Positions 53,950-64,000 of a stretch of 64,000 nucleotides of DNA are shown one piece after another. This DNA is from Cycas panzhihuaensis. Lineage: Eukaryota; Plantae; Cycadophyta. The position numbers were made by a program, and so were the translations under genes. The notes under the pieces were generated by a model. It did not search any database, had not been told where the DNA came from, and was given only the letters and a program-made list of their open reading frames with translations. Where the stretch lies: assembly GCA_023213395.1 (NCBI GenBank), contig CM041465.1:193695741-193759740 (forward strand). Reading direction: 5' to 3'. Every line of letters starts with the position of its first letter. The first letter of the stretch is position 1.

Positions 53950-54801
53950 GGAAGGCGACACTCAAGGACTAGATGAACCAAGCTGTCTACCTCAACGTTG
54001 AGAGCCCAAGGGATGTGTCAGATGTCGATAGATAAAAAATAAGCCAGTAGGGACCTGGTGGTCGAGGCAAGGGCTCTTAGGCATGGGTACCACACCTATA
54101 GACCTGGGTGAGATGGGACACCACAATCTGAGAGACGTAAGGAAGAACGATGGGTCCATGGTGGAAGCGGAGTGCATCAGCAAGGGCCTCAATAACAGTT
54201 ATGTACTCAGCTTCATTATCAGTGGCCTCAAGAAGGAAGATCCTGGAATGCATGAAGTCATAACCAGAAGGGTCACAGAGAATCCACGCGACAGTGGAAG
54301 GGACAGGGTTGCCATGACTTCCGTCATCAGTGAAAATGAGTAACACTATGACAAAAGGAACGGGGTCTCAGTAGAGAGAAAAGTATTGATGGGACCGGTG
54401 AGTGGAGAGGACTCAACAATGTGAAACCATCATAAAGGAATTAAGTGGCTATCGATAAAAGGCCATGAAGGGAAGGAAGATCTAGAAATAAGGCTACCTA
54501 AGGGTGAAGAGGACTATCTGGTGGACGGGGAAAGAACTAGCAGTGAAAAGGCCCCTTTGGGATGCCAAAAGATCACTTAAGTAAGCGAAACACGGTCCTA
54601 AATGGAGGGCATGCTTCCTTTGCGGGCCTTAGAGGCACGAACAGGTAGCAAAAATGGATCCAAGATGGTTAAATGAGCCAAATGAGTATAAACTTGAGCA
54701 TGCATAGGAGTGGCATGTAAAACGAGGTAAAAGGGGCCTTGCAAGGCTAAAATGGGGGGTGCCATAAATGCACTCAGAGGGTCAAGAAGAAAGAAGGCCA
54801 T
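53950..54801 (-). pseudogene. Stand-alone archaeal/plant-type RNase H1 (aRH) accessory ORF
   Basis: Core at 54346-53960: IFTDDGSHGNPVPSTVAWIL..ATDNEAEY..IEAL..SQIVVSHL..YRC..YRHL..NVEVDSLVHL. There is an upstream ATG at 54801 and a TATA-like tract at ~54914-54919. Confidence 0.85.
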
Positions 54802-56459
54802 AGAGACGAAATCGGAGACAAGCTCAGAAAGCAAAGATGATCTGGGAAGAGAAATGGTCTCAAGGGCTATTGTAGTAAGAGAAATAGAAGAGGTGCCAGT
54901 CGAGGCCCCCACCTATATAAGGAAACTCGATGAAAATAGAATTCATTTTCACGAGCTCATGAATGATCTAGAGCCCTTCTCCTTACGTAGCAGAGCACTG
55001 CATAACTTCGAAGGCACACAGGAAGAAATCAGGCTGTCAAATTAGGATGCAGAGACAGCCAGTAAGACTAGAAAGATGAGATGGAGATATCGAGACTAGA
55101 TCCAGTGAGTAGATCGCTCGTTCCCAGACCCATTTTGTCATTTAAGTTTTGTAGCATTTTATCATTTTTAAATGTAGTTTTGGGCTCCTTATGGGCGAAT
55201 AGCAATTTTCTGGAGTCTAAATTGGACCCAACGAGAGGGGGGATTGGGGCATTAAGTAGCCTTAGTCCCAGTGGGCCTGAGTGTGATCCACCTAGGGAAA
55301 AAAAAATTAATTTTCAAGTAGGAAACCCCCATTATATGGGGGTGATATTAGCATCGCAATGAAGATCACGGTGCTGCAATTTTTACCACAGGGCCACTAG
55401 GATTAAGCTAAAATCTTAGTGGGCCCCATATTAAATTCTATAGTACCACAAAATTTAGCATGGTGCGAAGGCATATAAGCTAAAAAATAAAAAGACGGCC
55501 TAAAGAAGAGCCAAATCTTAATCAGAGAGGAATGAGGGGAAGTCTTGAAGGCAAGAAAGTGGGTTTAAATAGATTTTCACTGGTTTCTTGGGTGTTTTGT
55601 AGGCAGTTATCGTGGTGGACAACTGCGAGAATATAGGAGTAGCTATGCTTAGCTTTATTGAGATGATGTCTCAAGGAGACCGATGAGTGTTAGGGAGGTG
55701 TGGCCTATTGAAGGCCATCCAATGGACATTATCTCACATTGGGATTGATGGAGGTACGCATTCCATCTCCCCGAAGTGGGAGACAACACAGCCATACCAA
55801 GAGATGTTATGATGATACTGGGAGTACTGGTAGTAGGAGCACTAGTGTCACTAAGCACATTGCCTAGCAATGACATTGCACACAGGGAGGTAGCAACCTA
55901 TTTAACGGGTTAGGACTAGTGGGAGAGGAGAGGCATACCAGTTTAGAGTATGATCATGTCCAATATTCCTCGTGTGAGGAAATTGATTACACTGTGCATT
56001 CTGTTCTAGATATCCAAAAAATAGAATTATAGGGATATACCTGGTGGGTGGATGCACACGGTGAGGAGATGCAAGGATGGGCAGAGATTAGACTGGGCCA
56101 TGTTAATAGCAGTAAACTTGGTTACCCAGTTAGATGCCATCAGGATGGTTGGGAGAGGAGGACTATCCTACATCATGCTATTTCAATGTTAGTTCTTTGA
56201 TCATTTTAGAGCAATGGCACTGCTCGAAAGGCCACACTTGATTTTAGCATGGACTCCCATGGTCCACAAGTGGAAGACTTGGTTTAGGGGAACCGAGGAC
56301 TAGGCATATATCAAGCGTTGAGTGGAGGCTACATCACTAGACCTCGTCACCATGGTAGACTATACATCATATCTATATAGAGGGGTGAGGTGGCATAGTG
56401 ATGATGAGGAAGGAGGAGTAGGAGGTATCCCTAGTGAGGGAGATGATGACAATGGAGAT

Positions 56460-56612
56460 GATGGGGGTGATGGGGTTAGCCCATCGGGAGCATCAGGTGG
56501 AGAGGTGAGTCCATCAGGGACCACAAGAGGAAAGGTACAACCATCAGAAGTAGCAAGAGGAGAGGCAGGTCTTTCAGGGACTGCAAGGAGAGGTGGAGCT
56601 TCCTGGACACTA
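56460..56612 (+). repeat. 27-bp (9-codon) tandem repeat in the PMD ORF linker
   Basis: GDGVSPSGA / GGEVSPSGT / RGKVQPSEV / RGEAGLSGT / RRGGAS units in ORF 56322-56618. Confidence 0.8.
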
Positions 56613-56796
56613 GTTTAAAAGCTAAGGATAGCAGGGAGAGCCCGAGCAGTAGCACCACCAACAGAGAAGGGTGGAGGTGCCTCGGCAGGCCAAGCAGTCA
56701 AAGAGTTGGCACCAGAGGAGGAAGAGGTACCAGTAGTAGGGGGAGGACCCAAGGAAGAGGTGATCATCCGAGTCGGGGAGTTAGCAGTTCCAGCAG

Positions 56797-56916
56797 GTGA
56801 GATCCTACCTTTACCCATTGTCTTTCGATCACCAGATATCTAGTTACAGTACTTTGTTTGATTTGTTAGGTATGGATATATATACATACTAACACATGGC
56901 ATGTTGGATTTTGTAG
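56797..56916 (+). other. Putative spliceosomal intron in the PMD ORF
   Basis: CAG|GTGAGA donor, T-rich interior, TACTAAC branch site ~56888-56894 and TTTTGTAG acceptor, flanked by purine-rich coding-like sequence. Confidence 0.6.
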
Positions 56917-58265
56917 GAGTGGTGGACATCAGGAGGTTGGTTAAGATAGTAGTCTGAGAGATGTTCTCCAAGGCCTACAAACAACCTCCTATCCACATAG
57001 GAGAGGAGCCACGGTCAGCAGGGGATCACATGGTAGCGTTCACCTCTTTAGTCAGGGCCAGAGATATATGGGTGGAAGAGTCCCAAGAGCATGAGGTATG
57101 AGTGGGGCAGATACGGGGAGAGCTAGATACAACTAAAGTGGAGAGAGATGCTCTACAATGCTTGGTCCAGGCTCTAGAGGCTTAGGGAGGAGTAGGCGGT
57201 GATGCAAAGAGCCACATCAGGATAGTGGTACTAGAGGAGCAGCTCTGAGGAGTGGAGGGCAAGAGGGATCATATCCAGGCATGATACGATTAGTTGGTAG
57301 ACCAGATGGCATTAAGGTGATTGCAGAGCATGACATATACCCGCACAACGACGATGGCCCTGAGGAGGCCTCAGGATGAGGAGAGCAAGGTAGGGAGCTC
57401 CTAGAGGTATAGGAGGAGTATGGGAGGCATGTGGTCCCTGAGAGAGGGATCACATAGTCTAGGAGATGATACCCCAAGAGCCAGAAAGCACTAGAGAGTA
57501 GGATACAATAGATTTTTATTCGACATGGGAAAGCACCAGACCTCCAAGGAGTCACCATATGTTGCCACATGATTATATTCCTCCCTGCAAGGATTCTAGC
57601 TTCCCGCAGATGATGTACCATACCATTTATATGATATGACACTTGACGATTTTATGTATACAGATAGGGCCATTAGCACTCTATTTGATATATATTAATG
57701 TGTATGATGACACATGATGATGGATGTTGTTATGTTTGCTTTTATGTATATGCATGTTTGTATATGTATGAGGGTGCACAGATGCACAACGAGCTATGGA
57801 TCATGATGTTTTGAGTTGATTATTATATGGTTTATGTTAGAGGATTATTTGAGCTACATACACTTCCTTTCATAAAGGGCCATATTCCTAGTAGGCGCAC
57901 ACACGATCACCATGAGCAACGATGATGGATATATGTGAGGCTAGGAGGTAGGGTGACATACATGTCCATATAGGAGCATAGTGGGATATGCAAAGGAAGT
58001 GCTAGTGAGATGGGAGTGATAATACTCCAGTATGCCATCCTAGTTGAAGAGTGTTTCTGGGTTAAGGAGTGATAGGGACAACAAACCCAATTAGGAGGAC
58101 AAGGATCCCAAAGAAAGGGGGACAAGAGGTTACGCAAGAGGAAGCCAGAAAAAGTGAGAAAGGCCATCCTAGACCACCATTCCACCCATGATTAGGAGGA
58201 ATGGAGATGCACCTAGGGTGGTAGTTTAGGCTCATTTTAGAGCATAAAGAGAAGAGTGACATAGT

Positions 58266-61200
58266 CATGTATAAAAATTTTTCAGGAATTTCCCATTAAT
58301 GGCCTTCTCAAATTCAAGGCCATCCAAGGTGGTGATCTTATAAGCACCATTCCCAAGACTCTCGAGAATGAAAAAGGGGTCAACCCACTTAGGTCCAAAT
58401 TTGGTCAGGCAATCATGGAGATATTCTAGTTTGAGGACATGGTCCCTGCGATCTAAAGGATGGGAACAAAGGTGTTTATCATAGGTCCTTCGTGCCCTAG
58501 CCTTAGAGGCAAGGTTGGCTTAGTAAGCAGCCAAGTACTTCTCATCCAAGGCCTCAAGGTCCAAGAGGTGAGCCTAGTGGATAGAGTCCTCATCGATGAG
58601 ACCTTAGAGAGAGACCTGTAATTGAGGAATCTCCACTTCTAATGGGAGAACCACCTTCGTTCTATAGACTAGGGAGAAAGAAGTCATTCCTGTAGCCGTA
58701 CGAATAGACTATGATACACCCATAGAGTGGAAGGGAGTTGGAGATGTTAATCTCTTTGATATTAGGCTATAGTCTTTTTTAGAATATTTATAAGAGTTTT
58801 TTTAAATGATTTGACTTGATTATTGGCCTAGAGATAGTAGGGAGAGGAGGTATTGTGAGAAATATTAAATTTCTTGCAAAGCTCATCCATCTCTTTATTA
58901 CAAAAAGGAGTCTCGTTATCCATGATCAGGACATCGAGAACTCTAAAACGACAAATGATATGCTGGTAGATGAAGATGGCTATCATCTTACTAGGAGTAG
59001 TGGTCAAAAGAATGGCTTCCACCCATTTAGTAAAGTACTCTATAGTAGTCAAGATGAACTTGTGCTATAATGAAGAGGGCGGGGATATGGCCCTAATAAA
59101 GTCTAACCCCTATTAGGAGAAGGGCCATGTATATATGATGGGATGAAAAGCCTCATAAGGTAAGTGGGTGATATTGGCATGCTCCTGGCATCACCGACAT
59201 CTTAGGGCATAGGCATGGGCATCCTTAAAGAGGGACGACTAATAATACCCCATATGGAGGATCCTTTGGGCCATGGATTGGCCCTCGCAAATGTCGTTGT
59301 GGCATTCACGGAGTATTTGGTTCACTTCGTTGGGGGTGACATAATAAAGAAGGATCCCATCAAAGGATATTTTACACAATACTTCACCCATAAGGAATCT
59401 TGCTAGCAAAGAGTTGAATACGAGACCTAACTTTGTTGTTAGCTTCAGGTTGATACTGCTACTGAGCGAGGTATTGTATAATATCCCCAAACCACTCACT
59501 ATCAGCAAGTGGATGATGAGGAGAGTCCTAAATAGTCAGGATGGGCTCATCAGGCAGAGAATCATCAACAGGAACATCTAAAGGGTTTGGGATAGGAGTG
59601 TTAGCGACCTGCTCGACCACTACCATCTCCTTCTTTAACTTCTTATTAATGATTTAGAGGTCAAATTCCTGAAGGAGGATGACCCACTTGTCAGTCCTAC
59701 CTGTCAGGTTGGGTCAAGTGAGCAAATACCATAGGGGGTTGGATTGAATAACCACTCGAGTGGTATTCCTGAGTAAGTAGTACTTGAACTTCTTTATTGC
59801 ATATACCAAGGAGAGACACTCCTTCTCAGCGAGGGAGTAGTTGAGTTCAACAGCCACAAGGATACAACTAATGAAGTAAATGGCCGTCTTGGTTCCTGAA
59901 TCGTTCTCCTAGGCTAACATGACACCTAGGGACTCATCAATAGTTAAGATATAAAAGATGAATGACCTATCAAAGAGAGAGGGTACCAATGTCGGGGCAG
60001 AAATGAGGGCTTCCTTAAGTTCTTCGAAGGCTTGTTGGGCCTTAAAAGACAAAATGAACAGGGCTCCATTCTTTAATAAGTTGGTGAGCGATTTGGCATT
60101 TATGACAAAGTTCACTAAGAAACGCCTAAGTAATCCAAGCCTACCTAAAAATGACTTAATCTATCATTGGGTTTTACGAAGTGGCATATCAAGGATGGCC
60201 TTGACTTTGTGAGGGTTAATTTGGATCCCTTGTTTTAACACAAGGAAACCAAGGAGTTTGTTAGCTGTCATGGCAAAAACACATTTAAGAGGGTTGAGGC
60301 TCACATGGTATTTGCAGCATCGTATAAAGATGGCCTGCAAATCAGAAGGATGATGGGCTCTAACACGTGAGAGACCCATCATATCATCCATGAAGAGCTC
60401 CAAAAATTTATTGATAAGATCATAAAAAATGAATTACATCACCCTTTGGTAAGTGGCACCTATATTCTTTAATCTAAAAAGCATCACCTTATAGGCGAAA
60501 GTACCCCACGGAGTGGTGAAGACCATCTTATAACAGTCTTTAAGAGAGATTAGAATTTAGTTGCAGCCAGAAAAGTTATCCATTAAGGACATGATTTCAA
60601 AAATGATGGTTCAATCAATAATTTAATCAATGAAAGGAAGTGGGAAGTTATCTTTAAGACATGTGTTATTGATGTCATGGAAATCAACACATATATGGAT
60701 TGTCCTATTCTTTTTAGCAATGAGGATAATGTTAGACACCCACTTAGGGCAGTCAATGGAAGTGATCAATCCTATATTTAGAAGTTTCTCAACTTCCATT
60801 TTAATAGTGGCTGAGAGCTTAAAGTGAAGAGGGTGTTACTTCTGATGCACTAGGCGAGCACTAGGAATAGTGGTAAGGTTGTGGGTAATAATTGAAGGGT
60901 CGACTCCCTTCATATCAAAATAGTCTCATGCAAAAACATCTTGAAACTCTTAGAATAGAAGGGTATACTCCACTTCTTTAGGAGACACATTCTGCTCCCA
61001 CCTTAATGACTTTTCCTAGGGCAAGGACTATGTCCTAAGTTTCCCCCATGCACATGGCATTCCCCTCCTCAAAGTGAAGGGTGGCTCGATCAACAGGAAG
61101 GGATGGAACAAGAGATGGAATTGGGTTAGTGAGAGAAGACCCAATTGCCAAGACCTTCTAGTAGCCAAGCCTATGGTGACCAGAAGGAAGGTTGGGTGTA

Positions 61201-64000
61201 ATACCTGCTAAGTGCTCAAGCAGGGCTTCATCATTCTCAAAGTAGTCCACCCCATGGATGACCACACTTTAAGAAGATGAAGGGAGAAGGGAAGTAGAGG
61301 CAGTAGGACCATTATGGTCATCACACTGCTCGATGTACCTGGAGGACTCCGTAGAAGAGCTAAGAAGAGGTCTCCCACAAGGGACAATGGGAGGCTCCCT
61401 AACTTCATTACCTATGTGCAGTAATGAAGGGGAAGACTTAAGGAGTGCTTGATCAATATGGGTGATGACATAAGACACAAGAGAAGAACTAGTTTCTCTA
61501 ATAAGGGAGGTTCCAGATCGAGATCTAGAATGAAAGAGGTGCCTCGTACTTATGCCTAGAAGGGAGACAGGGTAAGGGAGATCCTCATCCTCACCATTGG
61601 ACTCATCGTCGCTAAGTATGGCAAGGTACCCATAACTTCTGAGACCAATAGGGGTGAAATGCATGAGGTTAGAAGAAGAGGATGAAGGGTCTTCTTCCAA
61701 AGGAGATGAGTCAGGGATGTTAATAGAACAAGAAGAGGCATGGGTAGAAAGGCCTTTCTTGCCTTTCACTTCACCATGAGATGCTTGATAGGATTGACAT
61801 GGTTGTTTAGTAGGAGGAAGATCACATGAGACTACTCTCATTCACCCTTCATGGAGAAATTTAAGTTGTCCCCAATGGGACAAGCACACGGCTCTTATCT
61901 GGTTGATCTATGGGCATCCCAACAAAAGATTGTAGTTGACATCGACGTCGAAGACTATAATATCAGTGAGGGTAATCTTGTCCTCAGGAGTAAAAGGGAT
62001 AAACACCGATCCCAAGGGTGTCTTTTCGCTACCATCGTAGCATTGACACTACCACGGAACTGGCTCTAAAGTTGATATGCCAAGCTCTTATATAACATGC
62101 AAGGGCATGGTATTAATGGAAGAACCATTGTCAACAATGATTCTCTGTAAGGTACAATCAGGAGTATCAATGGTAATAGTGAAAGGGAGGTGCTATTTTT
62201 GCTTCCTTTTGCTAGCAGGGAGAAGATCATTAAGATCAAAAGAGATGACGGGCTCGCGACTTGGGGTGACACCCAAGGCATAAACAGGAACGCCACCTGA
62301 TCCTAAGGCCTCCAAAAGTAACGTGCGTTGTTTAGGGTAGCTCCTCAAGATATCCATTATGGACATTCCAGTAGCCATGGTATGAAGCTCATCAATGACA
62401 GGGAAAGGCTTCCACTTTATAGTGGGTTAGGGAAGAGCCCTTTGAAAGTTGTAACGACTGGGATACATAGGAATGGTTTTGGGGAGTGCAGGGACTTCTG
62501 GAAGAGGATTAAAGTGAGATGTGGATGAAAAAGCATCGTTTACCATTTTGATCACTTGAGAACGAGTTAAGGCATACAATGGAGTAGTCTCAAGCAACTG
62601 AATGACCTTCTTTCCCTTATTCTAGGATCGCGAAGGTGAAGGGGTATATCAGTTAGAGGAACCCAAAGAAGAGTATGAATTCTTCACACCCTACCTTTTA
62701 GCTTGTGAAGGGCGAGGATTTAGAGACCTTCCTTAGTTCCAGTTATTCTTTTGTTGGGGGTTTTGATCATGTTACCCATGTTTAGGGAAGGTCTAGGTTG
62801 GGCCTAGATACCCATTTGGGGGAAGACTCGCATTATGGAGCAGCTTTAAGATGCTGGGCCCAACACCCTGAATCATCATGAAAGCACTCCCCATGGATGG
62901 AGCACCACTTCTTCTCAAGGGAGGAATCAGGTTTCCTCGCTTGAGAGGACTGGGTATTACCACCCTTAGAAGGAGCAGCTTGGGAAGCCTGGTGAACTAG
63001 CTTGTTAGATGTGGGGGATGAAGGAGCTTAGAGCTTGAGCTCCTTCATATCATATTCAAATAAACGTATGGTTGAAGTGAGGGGATCTAGAGTCTTCTTA
63101 GTAGAATGGCAAGAGGACCTAGCTAGTTACTAAGCTTTGGTTTCTTGTGGTGGTGGAGGTGTCTCATGTTACTGTGAGGACTTTAGAGGCTTCTTAAGTC
63201 CAGCCTGGATCTCAATGGCCTTGAGTGCCAAATACTTCACTATGGCAGAGTCATATATAGTTGCCCCTATCTTGAGGACTTCTACATGGACTTTTGGATG
63301 AAGGGCATTAACAAAAAGGTCCCTCTTTAACTCTTCAGGCAAAGTTTCCTTGATGGAATAAAAAAGGTCAGGGAAATACCTCACAAAGTCACGATTCATT
63401 TTATCATGACCTTATTTAAACAAAAAAAGGGATTTCATCCCACTCTTAAATGGATGAGCCGCATCAAAATATTTGATGAATTCATCCATGAGCTATTGGA
63501 ATGAAAAAACAAAATGCGTGGGTAGGCGATAAAACCACTTGAGGGCATCGCCTTGAAGGGATCACAGAAATAGTTTCATGAGGATGTGGTCATAGGCGTA
63601 GTAGTTAATGTATGCCATAAAGAAACTATGGACAAGCTCCGCTGGGTCCTGCGATGAAGTCTCGTCGAATTTGGGGACTTCAAGAGGGTGAGGCAGTAAG
63701 TTAGTTCTTAACACCTCAATGGATAAGGGGGTTGATTGATAGTCCATAAAGGGACATGCCCTTGACTGGACCATGGGATCAATAGAAACTAGAAATGATG
63801 GTGGGTAGGTTTGTCCAAATCCTCCTTGGAGGGTTTGGTTCGAAAGGGGATGTTGTCCTCCCACTACTTGGTGAGGAGGAATGAATCCCACATTTGAAGG
63901 AACCTATATGGGAACAGATAAGTGTGATGGAACCATCCCTCCTGGAGAGAATTCTCCTTCTTGAAAAGGATCTTGAGGGAAAATGCCTTGGGAAGGAGTT
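58266..64000 (-). pseudogene. gag-pol of the Tat-lineage element
   Basis: Capsid (EVPKFD..DPAELV..LMKLF) ~63700-63200; protease IIVDNGSS ~62120-62145; RT (WVSNIILIAKK, FTTPWGTF, ELFMDD) ~60950-60100; RNase H (ESLGVMLA, NYSLAEKECL) ~59990-59650; integrase (EYFTKWVEA, MDNETPF) ~59350-58300, ending INGKFLKNFY. Confidence 0.95.

Larger units (their letters stand above)
55600..57500 (+). pseudogene. Antisense accessory ORF with an aminotransferase-like plant mobile domain (PMD), acidic/Gly linker and coiled-coil-like tail
   Basis: WRYAFHLPEVGDNT..RDVMMILGV at ~55748-55830 matches PMD block 1 (W..TFHLP.GE.T.TL.DV..ILG). DWAML..LFQC*FFDHF at ~56090-56210 matches a later block. Confidence 0.75.
50341..64000 (-). 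mobile_element. Tat-lineage Ty3/gypsy (TatIII-like architecture), younger and GC-richer; 5' part lies outside the window
   Basis: Contains gag-pol 64000-58266 and accessory ORFs at 53950-57500. Candidate PPT (minus strand AAGGGGGCAG, 53429-53438) is followed by TGTTT and a long LTR-like region with a TATA box at ~52725-52732. LTR assignment is tentative. Confidence 0.8.

Noticed and set aside
61000-61850. Ogre-type intron or separate gene between protease and RT
   Set aside because: The 190-aa ORF is a Ser-rich low-complexity spacer in pol orientation, with no convincing acceptor site or known domain.
613-63891. Remaining short ORFs in the track as host genes
   Set aside because: They are gag/pol fragments, antisense frames of retroelements or AT-rich noise, with no recognisable host motifs.

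Overview
This is AT-rich plant intergenic DNA made almost entirely of nested, decayed LTR retrotransposons. A gymnosperm origin is inferred from the element types and the heavy C>T/G>A decay. No intact host gene, rRNA, tRNA or CRISPR array is visible, and most ORFs in the track are fragments of broken gag/pol frames or antisense noise. From left to right: (A) Ty3/gypsy chromovirus, 1-5739 (+), with a 300-bp TRIM in its protease; (B) Ty1/copia, 5740-10153 (+); (C) Ty3/gypsy (-), split into 10154-11230 and 25030-~29256 by (D) a non-autonomous LTR element, 11231-25029 (TSD ATCAT), which itself holds (E) a full-length copia, ~11796-20116 (-), and (F) a copia 3' fragment; a gypsy gag remnant; (G) copia, 33080-35387 (+); (H) a gag-only element, 35388-~42897 (-), interrupted by (I) a younger copia, ~36950-40590 (+); further chromovirus pieces, 42898-50340; and a younger Tat-lineage gypsy, 50341-64000 (-), with a stand-alone RNase H ORF and an antisense plant-mobile-domain ORF. 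The most notable findings are: (1) an intronless, circularly permuted copy of the host LCMT1/SBI1 mRNA in the leader of copia I; (2) a tRNA-type Pol III A-box/B-box pair in the TRIM, split across the LTR and PBS at tRNA spacing; (3) LTR ends built from ~30-bp repeats of the LTR-end/PBS junction in two elements; (4) the divergent RNase H / PMD accessory cassette. All calls come from manual reading and translation. No database searches were run, and boundaries marked approximate may be off by tens of bases.
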